A stretch of 64,000 nt of DNA, taken from Eutreptiella sp. 'Long Island Sound 2002' (lineage: Eukaryota; Protista; Euglenida). The number at the start of each line of letters is the position of its first letter. Position 1 is the first letter of the stretch. Of the stretch, positions 23,124 through 36,485 are shown in pieces. Both the position numbers and the translations under genes were made by a program. The notes under the pieces are model-generated. The model searched no databases. It saw only the letters and a program-made list of their open reading frames with translations, and was not told the origin of the DNA. The stretch spans positions 170,500,001-170,564,000 of the forward strand of contig OZ038378.1 of NCBI GenBank assembly GCA_964036045.1. The letters are read 5' to 3'.

Positions 23124-24519
23124 CAACTCAGGTCCGATGGTACCAGCTTGGCGGTGGTTCTCAACGTACCGCTGCGACCCATTGCTTCGCGTGTTGGTGG
23201 CCTGCCCACTGGCACCTCTGTGTCTCGCTCTTGTGACAGAAAGGTACCTATGGTCTGTTAGGCCACTGCCGAGCCGATTTTCTTTCTGCGTTTTTGTGCT
23301 GGCCGCGTCTTGTGCCCACGTGCATTAACTCAGCATTCCTTCGGGGTCTCCCAAGGGACGGGTGCACAACCTGCTTATGCAGTTTTTCACCCCGGACAGC
23401 TCAAAAATCGAAGTTTTCGAAACTTGTTTTTTTGATATTGTGACCACCTAAAATGACCATCTAAGCTATGGAAAGCATGTTTTAGGCCGTATTTACGTGT
23501 TTTTCACCCTATTTGGGTATCAGGTCGGGGGGGGGGGTCTCCCAAGGGACGGGTGCACAACCTGCTTATGCAGTTTTTCACCCCGGACAGCTCAAAAATG
23601 GAAGTTTTTGAAACTTGTTTTTGTGATATTGTGATCACCTAAAATGACCATCCAAGCTATGGAAAGCATGTTTTAGGCCGTATTTACGTGTTTTTCACCC
23701 GATTTGGGTATTAGGTCCAAGGGGGGGGGGGTCTCCCAAGGGATTGGTACACAACCTGCTTATGCAGTTTGTCACCCTGGGCAGCTCAAAAATCGAAGTT
23801 TTCGAAACTTGTTTTTTTGATATTGTGATCACCTAAAATGATCATCCAAGGTATGTAAAGCATGTTTTAGCCGGTATTTATGTAGTTTCCACCCTATTTT
23901 GGGTGTGTGTTGCTGGCGGTAGATTCTCTGCGAGGTGGACTTGCCGAAGGCAATAGAATTTCTTCCTCCAAGATGTCTGTGATGTCAGGTCTACAACTCC
24001 TCGGCCAATTAGGATGGCACATAGGGCCTGGAAAAAGCTGCTTGGTGCACCCAGTGTGCGATTTTGTTTTTTTGTGTGCCCATCGGGACCTGCTATATGG
24101 GACATCTAGAGGCACACTGCAAACAACTCAGAGAATGCAGATGAAGTCACGAAAGGGGAAAGAATAGTGGGCAACATTTTGAAAAAAGCCGTTTGGTTAA
24201 TTAATTTTCTTTGAAAAAGCGACTCATCCCAAGGGTTAGTCGTGCCGCCGGGACTCAGGATTCAATTTTTAAGGGTAGGTGGGGGTGGGGCGGTGACCTG
24301 CCAAAACACGTAAAGAGAAAGCAGAGGACCCTACTTGTTACGCCACCACCTTTGTCGGTTGGGGGGAGGAGATTGTCATTGGTGTATCCATGAATTGTTT
24401 CACAACCTAGGCAAGAGAGAGAAACACTCATGCGTGAGCCGTGGTGACACAATCAGTTTTGAAAATGGGGCATGCCAATCAGAAACGACAACCTCCGCAT
24501 ATTTGGTCAACTAGTCATA

Positions 24520-25131
24520 CCCCCCCCCCCCTTTGTAATAGCTACGCCCTTGTAATAGCTACAGTAGGCGTAGGGACCGTATTAATTTGGTACCTAATTT
24601 TAATTCGGTACAAATGTAGTGCAGCCGCATAACACATGGGTTTGGTGACAAATTTGCCAGCTACATAGGGTCATGGACACATTTGTTGTGAGTGTTTGCC
24701 CACTTGAACCCACATAGCTCTGATTTGGGGAAATTTGTGTACTATATCCCCCTTTCTTGCACCAGCTCACCATGCAATCTTCTCTTTTTCAACCTGGGCG
24801 TCCAATGATTTTCACACGTTCCACCGGTGAGCGTGTGGATGCCACAATGAAGGGGCCATCAAAGAATGGGGACCCGTTTGTGGTGTTGGAGTACATGAAG
24901 GGTGGGCGGGTGGTCACACACCCCTGTGCCGCCCTTTCAAAAACCGAGTTCTTCATCCGATCACCGTCCCCATCCCCGGAGCCGGAGGTGCACTCATACC
25001 ATGCATTCTCTCACGTGTATGTCGGTAGTTGTATGTGTCGTGCGCAAGCCACGCCCTTGTAATAGCTACAGTAGGCGTAGGGACCGTATTAATTCCGTAC
25101 TTTGGCGTAGCTATTACAAGGGGGGGGGGGG
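24520..25131 (+). mobile_element. Mini-element A2 (612 bp), near-identical to A1; ORF at 24772-25062
   Basis: TA|C12-tttgtaatagctacgcc ... ggcgtagctattacaa-G12|TA. It differs from A1 at only a handful of positions, and its flanks are unrelated to those of A1. Confidence 0.85.
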
Positions 25132-28100
25132 TAAAAACACGCCGCAGGAGGTCAAGTTCGAGTATACGGGATTCGGGCCCTGCGAATCCCCCGAGTACAT
25201 GGGAACGGGCCCTACCGACCCTGCAGCAAGTGTGCGAAACCACCGGCGCGTGTCGTGTTGCCGCCTGCGGCGGTAGCAAATGGTTGAAGGTTGGCCGCTC
25301 CTTACGCCGGTTTTCCTCATGCACCCACACTTTTTGCAGTCCTATCATGGCATGGGTGTTTGACATTGTTCTTGATGATTGGCTGTCAAGGTGGGAGGTT
25401 TCCGAGTTGCAGCTCCTAGGAGATGCCCCCCCCTCCCCTTGGGATAGCAACGCTGAAAACCCCCTCTCACATTGGGTTCCCCATAACTACCCATTTTGAC
25501 ACCCCTGCCAACACCTCCATCGCCACTAGCACCAACACTGAAGAGGACCCCCCCCACCCTGCTACGCAAACCCCTCACCCCCAATTCCACTCCCAGCACC
25601 GCCCTACTGAACCCCCACCACCACCAAAATTCGTAGCGACCCCATCACCCCATGGATGGAGTAGTGGCAGGCTCGAGCAACTAGAATCCCCAAATGGCCA
25701 CTTCAACATCAGATGGGCGCGCCATTAGTTTGTGATGCGCTGGCATGGGCAAGTACAAATCTCGCAAGGGGACATCGCATGTCTCGCTCCCAAAAGCCTC
25801 GAGAGGGTGCGGTTGACAATAGTGGCCACTATTCTCCGGCAAGCCCCTGCTCCCGTGCCAATCCTCCAACGTTGGCCCCACCATCGGGTTAGACAACATT
25901 GCCAGGTTTGCTAAAACACAAGCCAACCTCTTTGCGGCTGCTTCGCCCTCCAACCAAACAACAAATTTCCCTGCAGCTAGGGCACCCACACCAACCACCC
26001 CCCACCTCCCCCACCCCCTGGTCAATCCACCTATGCGGCGGGGCCTTCATCTGAGCCCGGATGTGTGCACGCTTACTCAGATGGCTCGTGGTGAGCCAAA
26101 GCCCAAACCCAAAGCCAACCCAAAGCATGCCGCTAGCAGCCACCTCACACATAGGCCACATTATCACCTTTGTTGTTACCCCACCCCCATCCCGGACCTA
26201 TGCCACAAGGCGGGTGCCCGGCGGTGCGGCGCACCTATGCCCGTCACGTCTGGCTTTGTTTGGGCATGCTTGATGGAGCTAGCACTAGCATATCTTGCGG
26301 TAGCCGGGGAGGTTTATAACCTAGAAAATGTGGATGCCGATGCACCACCCAAAGACCCCCCCCCCCCTACACATCACGTAGCCGGAGTCCGACATGTCCT
26401 AGCAGCCTTGTGTTTTTGCGATCGCCTCTGTCTGACTTTGAGCAAGCACACCCCCCCCCCTCACCCCCCATCCGAAGCAGAAGGCAAGTGACACCACTGT
26501 GGCCACGGAAATGTGTTGCCGCCTGCATCTTAGAGACAAAATAACACATGAATCACTGAAAGGCTTGACCGGAGGGTATGGTATCTGCCACAACTTTTCC
26601 TCCTTTGTATCATTGATTACACGGTCATTTGTGTATTCGCTTGGATGGGGGGGGGTGGGTAGGCTCACACATGACAGCTCACACATCACCATACCGGGGT
26701 TGGATTTCAATGTGCTGGTGCCGAATCCCAAAAGAGTGTTCGTGTTTTGAAGGGTCGGTGTTTCCAGCCACCCCGAGTAGTTAGTCAGGGAAATGAACCG
26801 GGATCGGATGATGGTCTAGGGGTGGTTTACGGAGGCATACGTCAAGAAGTGTAGCAAAAAAGTTGCCTTGTGCAACATCGTCTTCCACGCGCTATTATTT
26901 TTAACGATTAAGCATGTGGCTTACCGCGTCATTATAATTAACGCCCTTGCGGACAAGGTAGTGGGTCGAGTGCCGGACCCCTGGCATGTGCTAATTACTA
27001 CTGCCGTGTTGTGGAGTTGTGGCCCACTGGTGGGAGTGGACAACAAGGGGGGTGAGTGGGAGGTGTGGGATGAGGCACTGGACAGGCAGCTCTCTTCTAG
27101 GGCTGTGGTGTTGCCGCTAGGTCAACATTTCCGCACCGATGTGTAGCCTACATGCTATGAGCATAAGTGTTTTTGGGCTATGGAGTTTGCTTGTTTGGAG
27201 CGTGAGAACTCACGTACGCTCCCAATCGCCGCCACAAGGATTTTTAAACCACTGCTGGAATGTGGCGACAAGCCGAGGCAGATGACGTTCCGCAGGAGCC
27301 ACCCCACTCTAACCCGCCACCATGAGTCACTGTGCGGAATTTTGGCTACACCAGGACCACAACCATGTGTGCCGCGAACATAGTTGAACTAGCGATTGGG
27401 CCTACGGCCCTCCCCCACAACGCACGTACCGTATTGCTTGGAGCATTGAGCTCCCCTCGCATAGCGAGTTACTGCCTCTCCCCCCCAACACTCCCGGACC
27501 ACACAGAGGCGGATGCCACCCCTCACAGTACAAGCAACACTATAGGTTGGCCACTACAGAGCTGGCCCCCTTGGGGGCGCCACGATGAAGAGCGGTACTT
27601 TCCTTCCAACCCTGGTGTATAGTAGCATGCAGTAGACACATTTTGTGTCCGCGACAAGACATCCGGATGATGAGGACCTTTGGACCACTTGAGGCACTGA
27701 TCCCAGCTTTGAGGGGCTGCAGGGAGCCACGGAAAACCTCGTGATATGGCCACGAGTCAATTAATGGTAGTCACGGACGTGTTGGTGCTATTTTCTTGGC
27801 CCGTGTCACAATGTCCTACATTGGGAAGTACGCGCCAAAGCAGCACAGGCAGGTTCCCCTATCACCACTGTAGCAATGTCAGCAACAGCAACAACAAGGA
27901 AGTGGCCAAGCGCCAATTGGCCAAGTCGAGCGGGGTGCAGCAGGAGTAGATGCAATTTAAAGCAAGGCTAGAAGAGGGATTGAGGAAAGAGCATACCCAA
28001 GTCAGGGTAATGGAGATGGAGATGGACCTAGTGACCAACTTGAAGGCAAGGAGCAAGAGTCTGGGCTGGGAGGCAATGGCACTGGAGGCGGAAATGGTGA

Positions 28101-30433
28101 TGACAGCAATGACGGCAATGACGGCAATGGTGGAGCTGATGATGGAGGTGAAGAGAGTGAGGAAGCCCCCGAAGACCAGTGTCGGTGGGAAGTGGGAAGT
28201 GCATCGATGCGGAGTCGGTGTACTAGACCCTTGTGCCTACACTGTGCAGTTGGTTGCCGGTTATGGTCAAGTTCGTGGACCCTAGACCGGAGAAGGGTTG
28301 GAGTGGATTGAAGAGTTGGATGAGTGCGCCGAGGACGGCTGGTGGAGTGCGGGATGTCGAGTCATGGAGGCACTCTAGAGGTAGGAATAAGTGGCTTTGT
28401 GCGGCATATTTGTCAAGAGTTTGTGGATTTCTTTGGTCCTCCCTTATTGGAAGTAGGTTGTTCGGCCGAAGCATACGAAGCCTTTCTCGCCGCCTAGAAC
28501 AAAGGTATCATTAGGTGCAAATCCAAAACAACAAGGGCAAGGTGGGTTGACAAGCTACACCCCATGGCGCTTCAACCCTGCAAAGAGGAATGATTTATGA
28601 CGATCATGCTCATGCGGGTTAGAGAGCGGCTTATGCAAATTATGTCTCATCCTCATGTGGGTCGTAACGAACTCCGCCACATGCAAATGTGCAAAACGTA
28701 CAAGGTTACGGCCCTCCTCATGTTTCTTGGAAATTGTTTTGCTCCATGGCGAGGAATATGTGGAATCGTCACAGCACGCGTGAATGTAGGAGTGGTTGTT
28801 TTGTGGTTGCATAGGAGTGTGCGACCTTTGGCCAAGAATATGGAGAGACTATTGGAGAGGCTGGAGTGGGCATTGCACCCAAGTGCAAACCTTGGCCCCC
28901 TTCTTGGGGGCCGATTTTTATCTAAGTTGGAAAGGAGAAGTTGCCTTTGGACTAACAGTATTATGATCCCGGCCTCCAACAAAATTGTTATATTTCTCCC
29001 GCAGTGCTCCTCCTTTCCTCCCCGCCATGCTATCAAAAAAGATGCAGCACCCAGGCCAAACCAGAAGCAGGGCCCATTTGGTGTGTATTTGCCTCCTAGT
29101 GGTGTTCAATCTAGAAGTGCCCAAATTGGGTCACGACCCTGTAGTAGGCCGAGTTGCTGGTAGTGTTGACAAAATACCAGTTGGTGTGTTGCACGGTCTG
29201 GAACAAAGCCCGTGTGGGACATAGAAAAATGGGTGAAAATTTGGTCCATATCCATCGGACATAAAGAGCTGTTTTACCTGATGGCTGTGAGGGGGTGAAC
29301 AAAAGTTCATAATGAACGACTGCGTCCTGCATGCCTTTATGGGCAGTGTTGAGATGCACAGTGCTTGCAGTTGTGCGTGGTTGACATGCAAAGAGAGATA
29401 GGTTTCCATGGTGGCTCATACATACTGTTGATCCCCTCCTCCCAGGGGGGGGGGGGGCTCATGGATACGACACGATGATAGTTTGGTCAAACTACCCCCC
29501 TTTTTCTACACATCCCGAAAAAGTAGTGTTAGAGGCCATTTACACGCTTTGCGCACATTTTTTCCTTTTTTCGTCCCATTCTGCATGCACATCACATCAC
29601 AACAAAGCAGTACGCAACACTGCAGTGCATTGCACCGCACTTCACTACATAGTTCTATCTGCTTGCATGTATCCTTGCCCAAATTCACACCCCAAACAGA
29701 TGAGGCTGAGCTGCCAACGTGGCAGTGCAGTGCCTCATTTGTTCTTGAGGGCTGACGACCAGTGTTTGTGGGATTTGGTCGCTTTGCGAGATCACCGTGT
29801 GCATCCAATCTGATTGTTGCGCAGCATTTTTTAATGGCTAAACAGCACTAAGATGAATTGCTGCCCATCCAAGTGGGGGATTTTATTTGCAATGGTCTTC
29901 TTTGCAACCTTGCCATTGGGGACCTTGAGGTTGTTGGGGCACGTTGTGCCTATATTACGGCGACAATACTACTTGGAGCCGTAATGCAATGTGGTACGGT
30001 GCGCCTGACCAACTAGGACATCACTCGCGCTATTTGCATTGCCAGTGCATGCCACGCCATCGCCGTCCCTGATAATGGCACCGCTGCTGGTGATATTCTG
30101 CGCTCTCTATAGGTTGTTTCCTTGCCTGCTTGCCTCCGGTGTTTTTGCCAATTTCCTGTGTCTGCAATGGCATGTGATTGGCACACGACATTTTTGTGTT
30201 GGTGCGCTCTGATCGGACCACGTCCCCACCCCGCCTGCCAAATTACTGTCTCTCAATCAATCTGAGCTCTCCTGCATCCACATCTCGAGCACTCAATATT
30301 CAACAAAGAACCTGCTTCTACTTGTATGGGTGTCCATGCTGGTGGTCTCCCCCCAGAAACAGTGCCGGTCAGAGCTGGTTCCCGGTCAGGCAACACGATT
30401 TCGGCATCCACACCTCGTCACTGTTGTGTTATA

Positions 30434-30650
30434 CCACAACGCTGCACGCTGGTCCAGTATTTGCTGGCTTACCACTGTGCGGTGCACAGGTATCCGAAGT
30501 TTACTTGTGGTTAGGTTGCAACAACTTGTGGGGTCCAACATCCACAACGCTGCACGCTGGTCCAGTATTTGCTGGCTTACCACTGTGCGGTGCACAGGTA
30601 TCCGAAGTTTACTTGTGGTTGGGTTGCAACAACCTGTGGGGTCCAACATC
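30434..30650. repeat. 108-bp tandem duplication (2 copies, near-identical)
   Basis: ccacaacgctgcacgctggtccagtatttgc...ggggtccaacat occurs at 30434 and 30542. The period of 108 equals 36 codons. Confidence 0.9.
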
Positions 30651-31900
30651 CTCAATGCAGTGGCTGTACTAAGAATGGTGATCCCTACGCAGTGTGTGGG
30701 GGACTAGCAACTCATGGGCCGCTTCTGCAGCTTTTGGCACATGGTGCGTCACCCCCAAAGACCATGCACCTCACCCGCCTGGGATTTGGTGCTGTGGCAG
30801 ACCGATGCCGCACATTATCCTGGTCCCCCAACATGAGAAGTATTGTTATGGCCTACCTATCATGATGTTTGGGACCTGCAACCACTTCACAGCAACATTT
30901 TTGGCAAGTGTGCTGTGTAATGTCTGCATGGTTGGCTGCATGGTTTGGAGCAGCAGTCGCTATCTCTATTATCGCGGTCAAATCATTGGTGTGGGATCTG
31001 ATGGAGACTCATGCTTTGGCGCATGCCCTGGCTGTTACCCAGGAACACCAAGTGCCTGTTATCCTTGGTGGACTTGACGTTGAGTTAGCAGTGGTGCCAT
31101 CAATTTTGATCCGCCCCACTTGGTGAAACGCGGCCGATCCAATCTGTTGAACAACGGCATGGAACTATTCACTGGAAAGAAGATTAATGGGGCCCTAGTT
31201 CGAGTCGTAGCGCGCACCGTGAATATGGAGCTGAGGGATGCCGCTTGCAAGGCGGCACAGAAGCAGCATGTGCCATTTGCGTTGGAAGTGCTGAAGGACA
31301 TCAACTGCATCGTGGATGGCATGGACACAAACTCCAGTGTGCTAGGTACCATGGGGGACGTCCTGCCAGATCTCCGGGTATTGGGCCGCATCTTCAATGG
31401 CATCATCAATGGCTACTTCTCGTGGGACCTACCCCTTGCAAGCATGGTGCATCGCCTCGTCATATCCCATGCACTCCTGTTGTACTGCCGCAACCCGTTG
31501 GGACAACCATTCATGAATGCAGGATTGTACACACACTTGCAACGAACCTTCCAGAGCTTTGTGGACAGCATACCCTGGATGCAGCAAAACACACCAAACA
31601 GCAAGCCGAGGAGGCATGTGGATTCGGTGAGTCAACGATAGGGCAGTGCCAGACCAGAATCGTGGACAAAACTATCACCAGTACGTGCAAGTTCGATGCA
31701 CCGTTGCAGTACAAAGCGGCACTGAAATGGCACCGTCCCAGGATGCAAAAAGCCCCTTCACTTTGAATGTGCGGCACCATTTTGACCGAGACCACCCTTC
31801 TGCTGACATTGATACGTATGATCTCAGCGACTGGGTGGTGAAGGAACAAACGCGTCAAGAAATGGCAAGAAATGGCAGAACACAAAAAACTACCCCCTTT
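30650..31900 (+). pseudogene. Decayed P-element-like DNA transposase
   Basis: NFDPPHLVKRGRSNLL at 31102-31150 matches the P-element D-x-P-H-(L/I)-x-K-x-x-R-N signature. GSDGD lies upstream and a Cys-rich segment lies at ~30655. The region has several stops and frameshifts. Confidence 0.55.
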
Positions 31901-33984
31901 TTTCAACTGCGCCAAAAAATGTGCATAACTCATGGTCTCCCACTTTCGAGGGTCGCCCCCCCCCCCCTTGCCTCCCCCCCGTGCCCATTGCGAGAAGAAC
32001 GCCGCTTGCACAATTTTTGGAACTATGGAATTCGGCAGTTGCCGTTGCTGGTTGTCATGAAGACCAAGTTTTTTCTGTGATTTGGGGCTGATGATGGTAT
32101 TTTTGGGGTGCCGATTCCTATCCTGCCACTGGTTGCCACATGTCTAGTTGCCTGCGCATGCAAATCATCATACAAGGACTTTGCACTAATGTAGTGTGAA
32201 TCCTCCTATCTTCTGTGGATGCACGTAAACAACGCCCATGTCAGTAAACAACGCCCATGTGGGAACAACACGAAGCATGGTTTCCGTCATTTTTAGTGTT
32301 TTATTGTTGTTCTCGCAAAGGGGGCAGAGGGTGATATGTGAAGGCTCGGCAGTTCGGCGGATGGCAAGCAAGCAGGGGCTCTTTGGGTGAAGCACTCAAG
32401 CAATGGCAACTGGTGAAGGGCCGCAGTTGACTTTGGGGGGCGGAGGCACACGTTGAAGCATAGCAGCCGTGATGACAGAAGTCCTGGCTGCAAGCACATG
32501 CATTGTCGTGCAGGAAGGGAAGGCTTAGGGCAGTGAAAGGGACATGGGGAGGGGACAGTGGGATGCACGAGCCCTGCAATGCGCACCGCCACCAACCTTC
32601 GTTGCGCAATGACCGCCTTGTGCAACACCCACCCTCTGTTCAAATGGCATTTTTTCACCCTATGCCGAAGGACAACCTTGTGGTTAAACGGCAAAACACT
32701 TATCGTCTTGTGCAAGGTGGGGTACCCCCCCCCCCTTGCGCAAGCATGGCCTTGTCCATGCGCGGTGACCCCGTGCCACTGTCACTTTTGTGCCCACATT
32801 TTTTGTGGTCCAAAATATAAAGTCACAAGAATGTGACCGCATTGTGTGTGGGAAGATGAGGGATCGGGGGCTAGGGTATGCAGTGCTGGGGTTAGGGGGT
32901 TGGCACAAGGCCTCGGTATCTGGTTGTATGCCTTTGGCGGTGCCTATTGGCCTCTCGCCACTGCTCATTCTGACCCTCTGCGGGCCTCAACGTGTCTTGG
33001 TCGTGTCAATGAAGCCCCTCGATGACTTGTCCAATTTGACTACTCCAGGGTCGGCTGTCCCGGAGATGGGTGGTTGCCCGTGCCGTTGATCACGTGCATC
33101 CGGATGCACACTCGGAGTCCATGCTGGATTTGCCGACTCCATCACTGACTTGTGCGCGCTAGGGTGTGCGTTTGCAGGATAATTTTCCTGATAGGGGCTT
33201 CTAACAACCACAATGATTCTTTCCCGTTTTCCTTGTCCTTCTTCTCTCTCTGCGCTGTGCACCGTTTTTGGCGAGCGTAGTCTAACCCGTCCTATTCCCC
33301 CCCTTTGTTCGTCCCTTTCCCCCTGCCCAGTTTCTTCCCCACCGACTCCATTCTTTTTGCCCTTGGCAGCTTTGGGTGGCGGGGGAGCATGTTGCTGTAA
33401 GGAGGGGGTAGAGCAGGGGCGGGGGAGGGGGAGTGGGAGAGGGTTCATCGCACTCTGCCCCCTGCTTCCCCTTGAGGAGGGAGATCTTGGCTCAAGGGGG
33501 CTCCTTGTTGGTGTTGGTGTGCTTGGTGTGGGTGGTTTTGGCCACTTGCTTCTGTTGGCCCACATATCCTGGTCTCTCCTAGGCCTAGTTGCATGTTGTT
33601 TGCTGGCATGATGGCCATACCTGGCGTGGCGGTGGTAGACCATGCACGTAGCGCCCGCCGTTAATCTAAGGGTTCCGGACCGGGGCTAGTTCCCCTTCGT
33701 ACGTGTCCCCGCAGTTGGGGAGACGGAGGAGTCCGAGGCCTCCCCCCCTCCCCTGTAAAAAGTCTGTTGGCTCATCACCCAAGGTCTCGGTACCCGGGTG
33801 TCTTTTCTGGGCTGTCCTTTGCTGTCCTAGGCTGCCCTCTATTGTTGTTGCATGGGTGAGCGCGTTCCGCCATTGTTGGTGTCGGTGTTGGCGGAGCTGC
33901 AGGGATAGTTGCTGGGGTGTGGTGCGTGGGGGGGGGGGGTCCATTGTGAGTGGTGCCAGTGTTGCTGCCGGTGATGTGGTTTCT

Positions 33985-34370
33985 TGTGGCACTGGCAACC
34001 AAATCAGTCCCAATCTTCGAGTCCTGACGGGGCTGCGTCCGCCATTGGTGACCTCTCCCTCAGTTGCTGGTTCACTTGTGGTTCGTTCGCCGCCAAGATC
34101 AGTGCCCTCCCACTCTTTGGCTTTCCCCACGTCTCCTTGCCCCTTGTTGTTGTTGTTGTGGTGTGTAGTTCGGCGTTGGCAACCAAATTGGTCTCAATCT
34201 CCGAGACCTGACGGGGCTGCGTCCGCCATCGGTGACCCATAACCCTCAGTTGCCGGATCACCCATGGTTCAATCGCCCCAACATTAGTGCCCTACCACTC
34301 TCTCGTCTCCCCCACATCTCCGTGCCCTTGTGTGTTTCTTGTGGTGTGCAGTCTTCTGTGTTGTTGTGTG
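33985..34370. repeat. Diverged ~190-bp tandem duplication
   Basis: ggcaaccaaat...cctgacggggctgcgtccgccat.ggtgacc...cctcagttgc...agtgccct.ccactct occurs twice, about 190 bp apart. Confidence 0.7.
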
Positions 34371-36485
34371 AGTTGGTGTTCACTCGTTCTCATCCACAGT
34401 TTTGGTGCTATGATGTTTGCGTAGTTTAGTTGGGCCATGAGTCTCACTAAGTCGTCCATTGTGAAGTGTAACCGTTTTCCCTTGATAAACACTTCGGGTG
34501 CCCATATCCTTTCCTCTGGTACCCACGCATAGCCTGCACTACTTGCACCAAGTAGACGCTATCTGGTCCTAGGATGTACATTCGTGTTCCTCCATTCGGG
34601 TAGTCTCCTGTCCACCCCCGTCTCCTCTTTTCCCTCAAATTGCGGTCCCTATGTAGGCTGAGTAGGTCTGGTGTGTACCACCTGAATTTCTCTCCAAAAA
34701 GCAGTGGTCTAGTCGTATTTGTGTTGTATCCTTGTGGTGGTGGTGCACCTGTCGGTTGCGGCTCCGCCCGTCGACTTTTTCTTGCTCCCCACAGCCACAA
34801 GCTCCACGTGTGTTTTGCCCCCTGGTCCCCTCTATCTTCTTCTCGACTCTGTTGCTGGGCCCGCTGTGGGGTCTTCCCATGCGGTTCATTTTGTCCGCAG
34901 AAATTCCATCCGAAGCATATCGGGTTCAACTGAAAGTTTGTGTAGTGTGGTTGTGGGGCTGGTTGGTTATTCCCTCCTTGGGGTGGGGGGATTACGTGGT
35001 CCACATATTTGCGCATATTTGCACGTATTGACCACATGTTTCTCGATGGCCCCCTAGGTAGAGAGGAATGATGGGTACCGTTGTGCCCGTGAGCAGTGTT
35101 GTGGTACTTGCTGTTTGTTACTGTTTGCTTGTTACGTCACATGGTCCATGTCATGTGTCACAGTAGACATATTCTTGTTGAGACTACAGACCGTTTGTTG
35201 AAACGATTGCGTGCACGCACAGCCCAGGAGGCAAAACAAGTGGCCTTTTTCACACGACTACGCATTTTCAACCCCCGCCATTGGTGATTTGTCTCATAAT
35301 ATCCGTGATTACCCGGAGCTGCAGTTAGACAGACTCCCGGGAGTGCAGGATGAGTGGGCTGCCTATGTCACCACTTTTCACAACATCACAAGCAACACAC
35401 CCCAACACACCTTGTTGAATGGTGGGACTCTTGCCCATCGTCTGCCCTAAAGGATTATGTATTGTTCCTCATCACCATGGTGATGGGGACTGGCAGTGTC
35501 GAGCTCTTTTTTTCATTTGCCAAGTACAAGATGTGTTGTGGTTTGCTTGTGTCCATGGAACACCAGAGATTCATAGCATGCATGGGACCCCCCAGAAATT
35601 AACGGCATCCATCCAAACAACACCAAGAAATACAACAATACAACTGGCCATCCAAGGGCATGTGTTTGGAAAACTTTTGATGGCCAGAAGTCCACATATT
35701 TTACCATATGTTACCACATTTTCCCACATAATACCACATTTTTACCACATTTTATCCTATTGTTACTTACCACATAATCCCCCCCCACAGCATGCAGGTA
35801 GGACTTGCAGCTACCCATCACTGTGCTTTGGTGCGAGCCTTTCCATGGCGTGTGATGTGACTCGCAGCCATACCTAATATTGCCAGACCCAACATGCACC
35901 CCGTCATGTCCATGCGCAAGCACAACCTTGTCTCAGCATGGTGACCCCGCGTTAGTGTCGTTTCCTTGGCCCGGGCCATGCTTGCGCAAAGGCGCAAGGG
36001 GGAGAGGGCTGCATTGGCACTTTTCGATGTTGAGTGTTGTTGCTAGAGTGTGGACTCCAACCGCTCAGCAGTGGCACTTTGAGCATGCTTTGAGCATGCC
36101 CTGGTCAGTCCTGCTCTGAGTGTTGACTTCGCTGTGTCACAGGGGGGAGGGGGGTTCCGCGGGTCTTAGGATGCCAACTACCCCCCCCCTCCAAGAGGGA
36201 ACCACAGAGCAAAAGGCCAGAGAGAAAGAGAGACCCGCAGAGCGAGAGTTAGAGACTAACCGGCACTGTGGGAGGGTGGTGGGTGCGAGCTGACCCAGAT
36301 GTACAGATAGCCAAAGCACAATCAAAAGCCACCTGGAGTGGTACTGAATTGGTCTACGCTGCAGTGCAGCAAGGCAAAACATTGAACTGAGTGGGGATGA
36401 CCATGCGCTTGTGACACGGGGGCGTATGCGAGCCCAGTATCTGTTGCCTCATGGCCAAGAGGGAACCGCGGTGCGAAGGGGGCAT

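Larger units (their letters stand above)
11866..23905. repeat. ~194-bp satellite (about 14 monomers in blocks of 2,2,2,3,2,3) interleaved with five RT elements, forming a ~2260-bp higher-order repeat
   Basis: The monomer tctcccaagggacgggtgcacaacctgcttatgcag...tttgggtatcaggtc-G(n) recurs at 12049, 14118, 14312, 23538, 23732 and elsewhere. RT inserts start at 12251, 14511, 16771, 19221 and 21480, with spacings of 2260, 2260, 2450 and 2259. Confidence 0.95.

Noticed and set aside
11866-23905. CRISPR-, retron- or DGR-like interpretation of RT plus repeats
   Set aside because: The repeats are ~194-bp tandem monomers without unique spacers, there are no cas genes, and the RT motifs are PLE-like in a spliceosomal-intron context.
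10520-24520. Exactly 14,000-bp offset between the starts of A1 and A2
   Set aside because: It depends on variable homopolymer lengths and is treated as coincidence.
25140-29200. Coding-like fragments (Gly/Asp-rich stretch near 27900-28200, several 100-190-aa ORFs)
   Set aside because: Probably decayed repeat-derived sequence, but no diagnostic motif could be identified, so no call is made.
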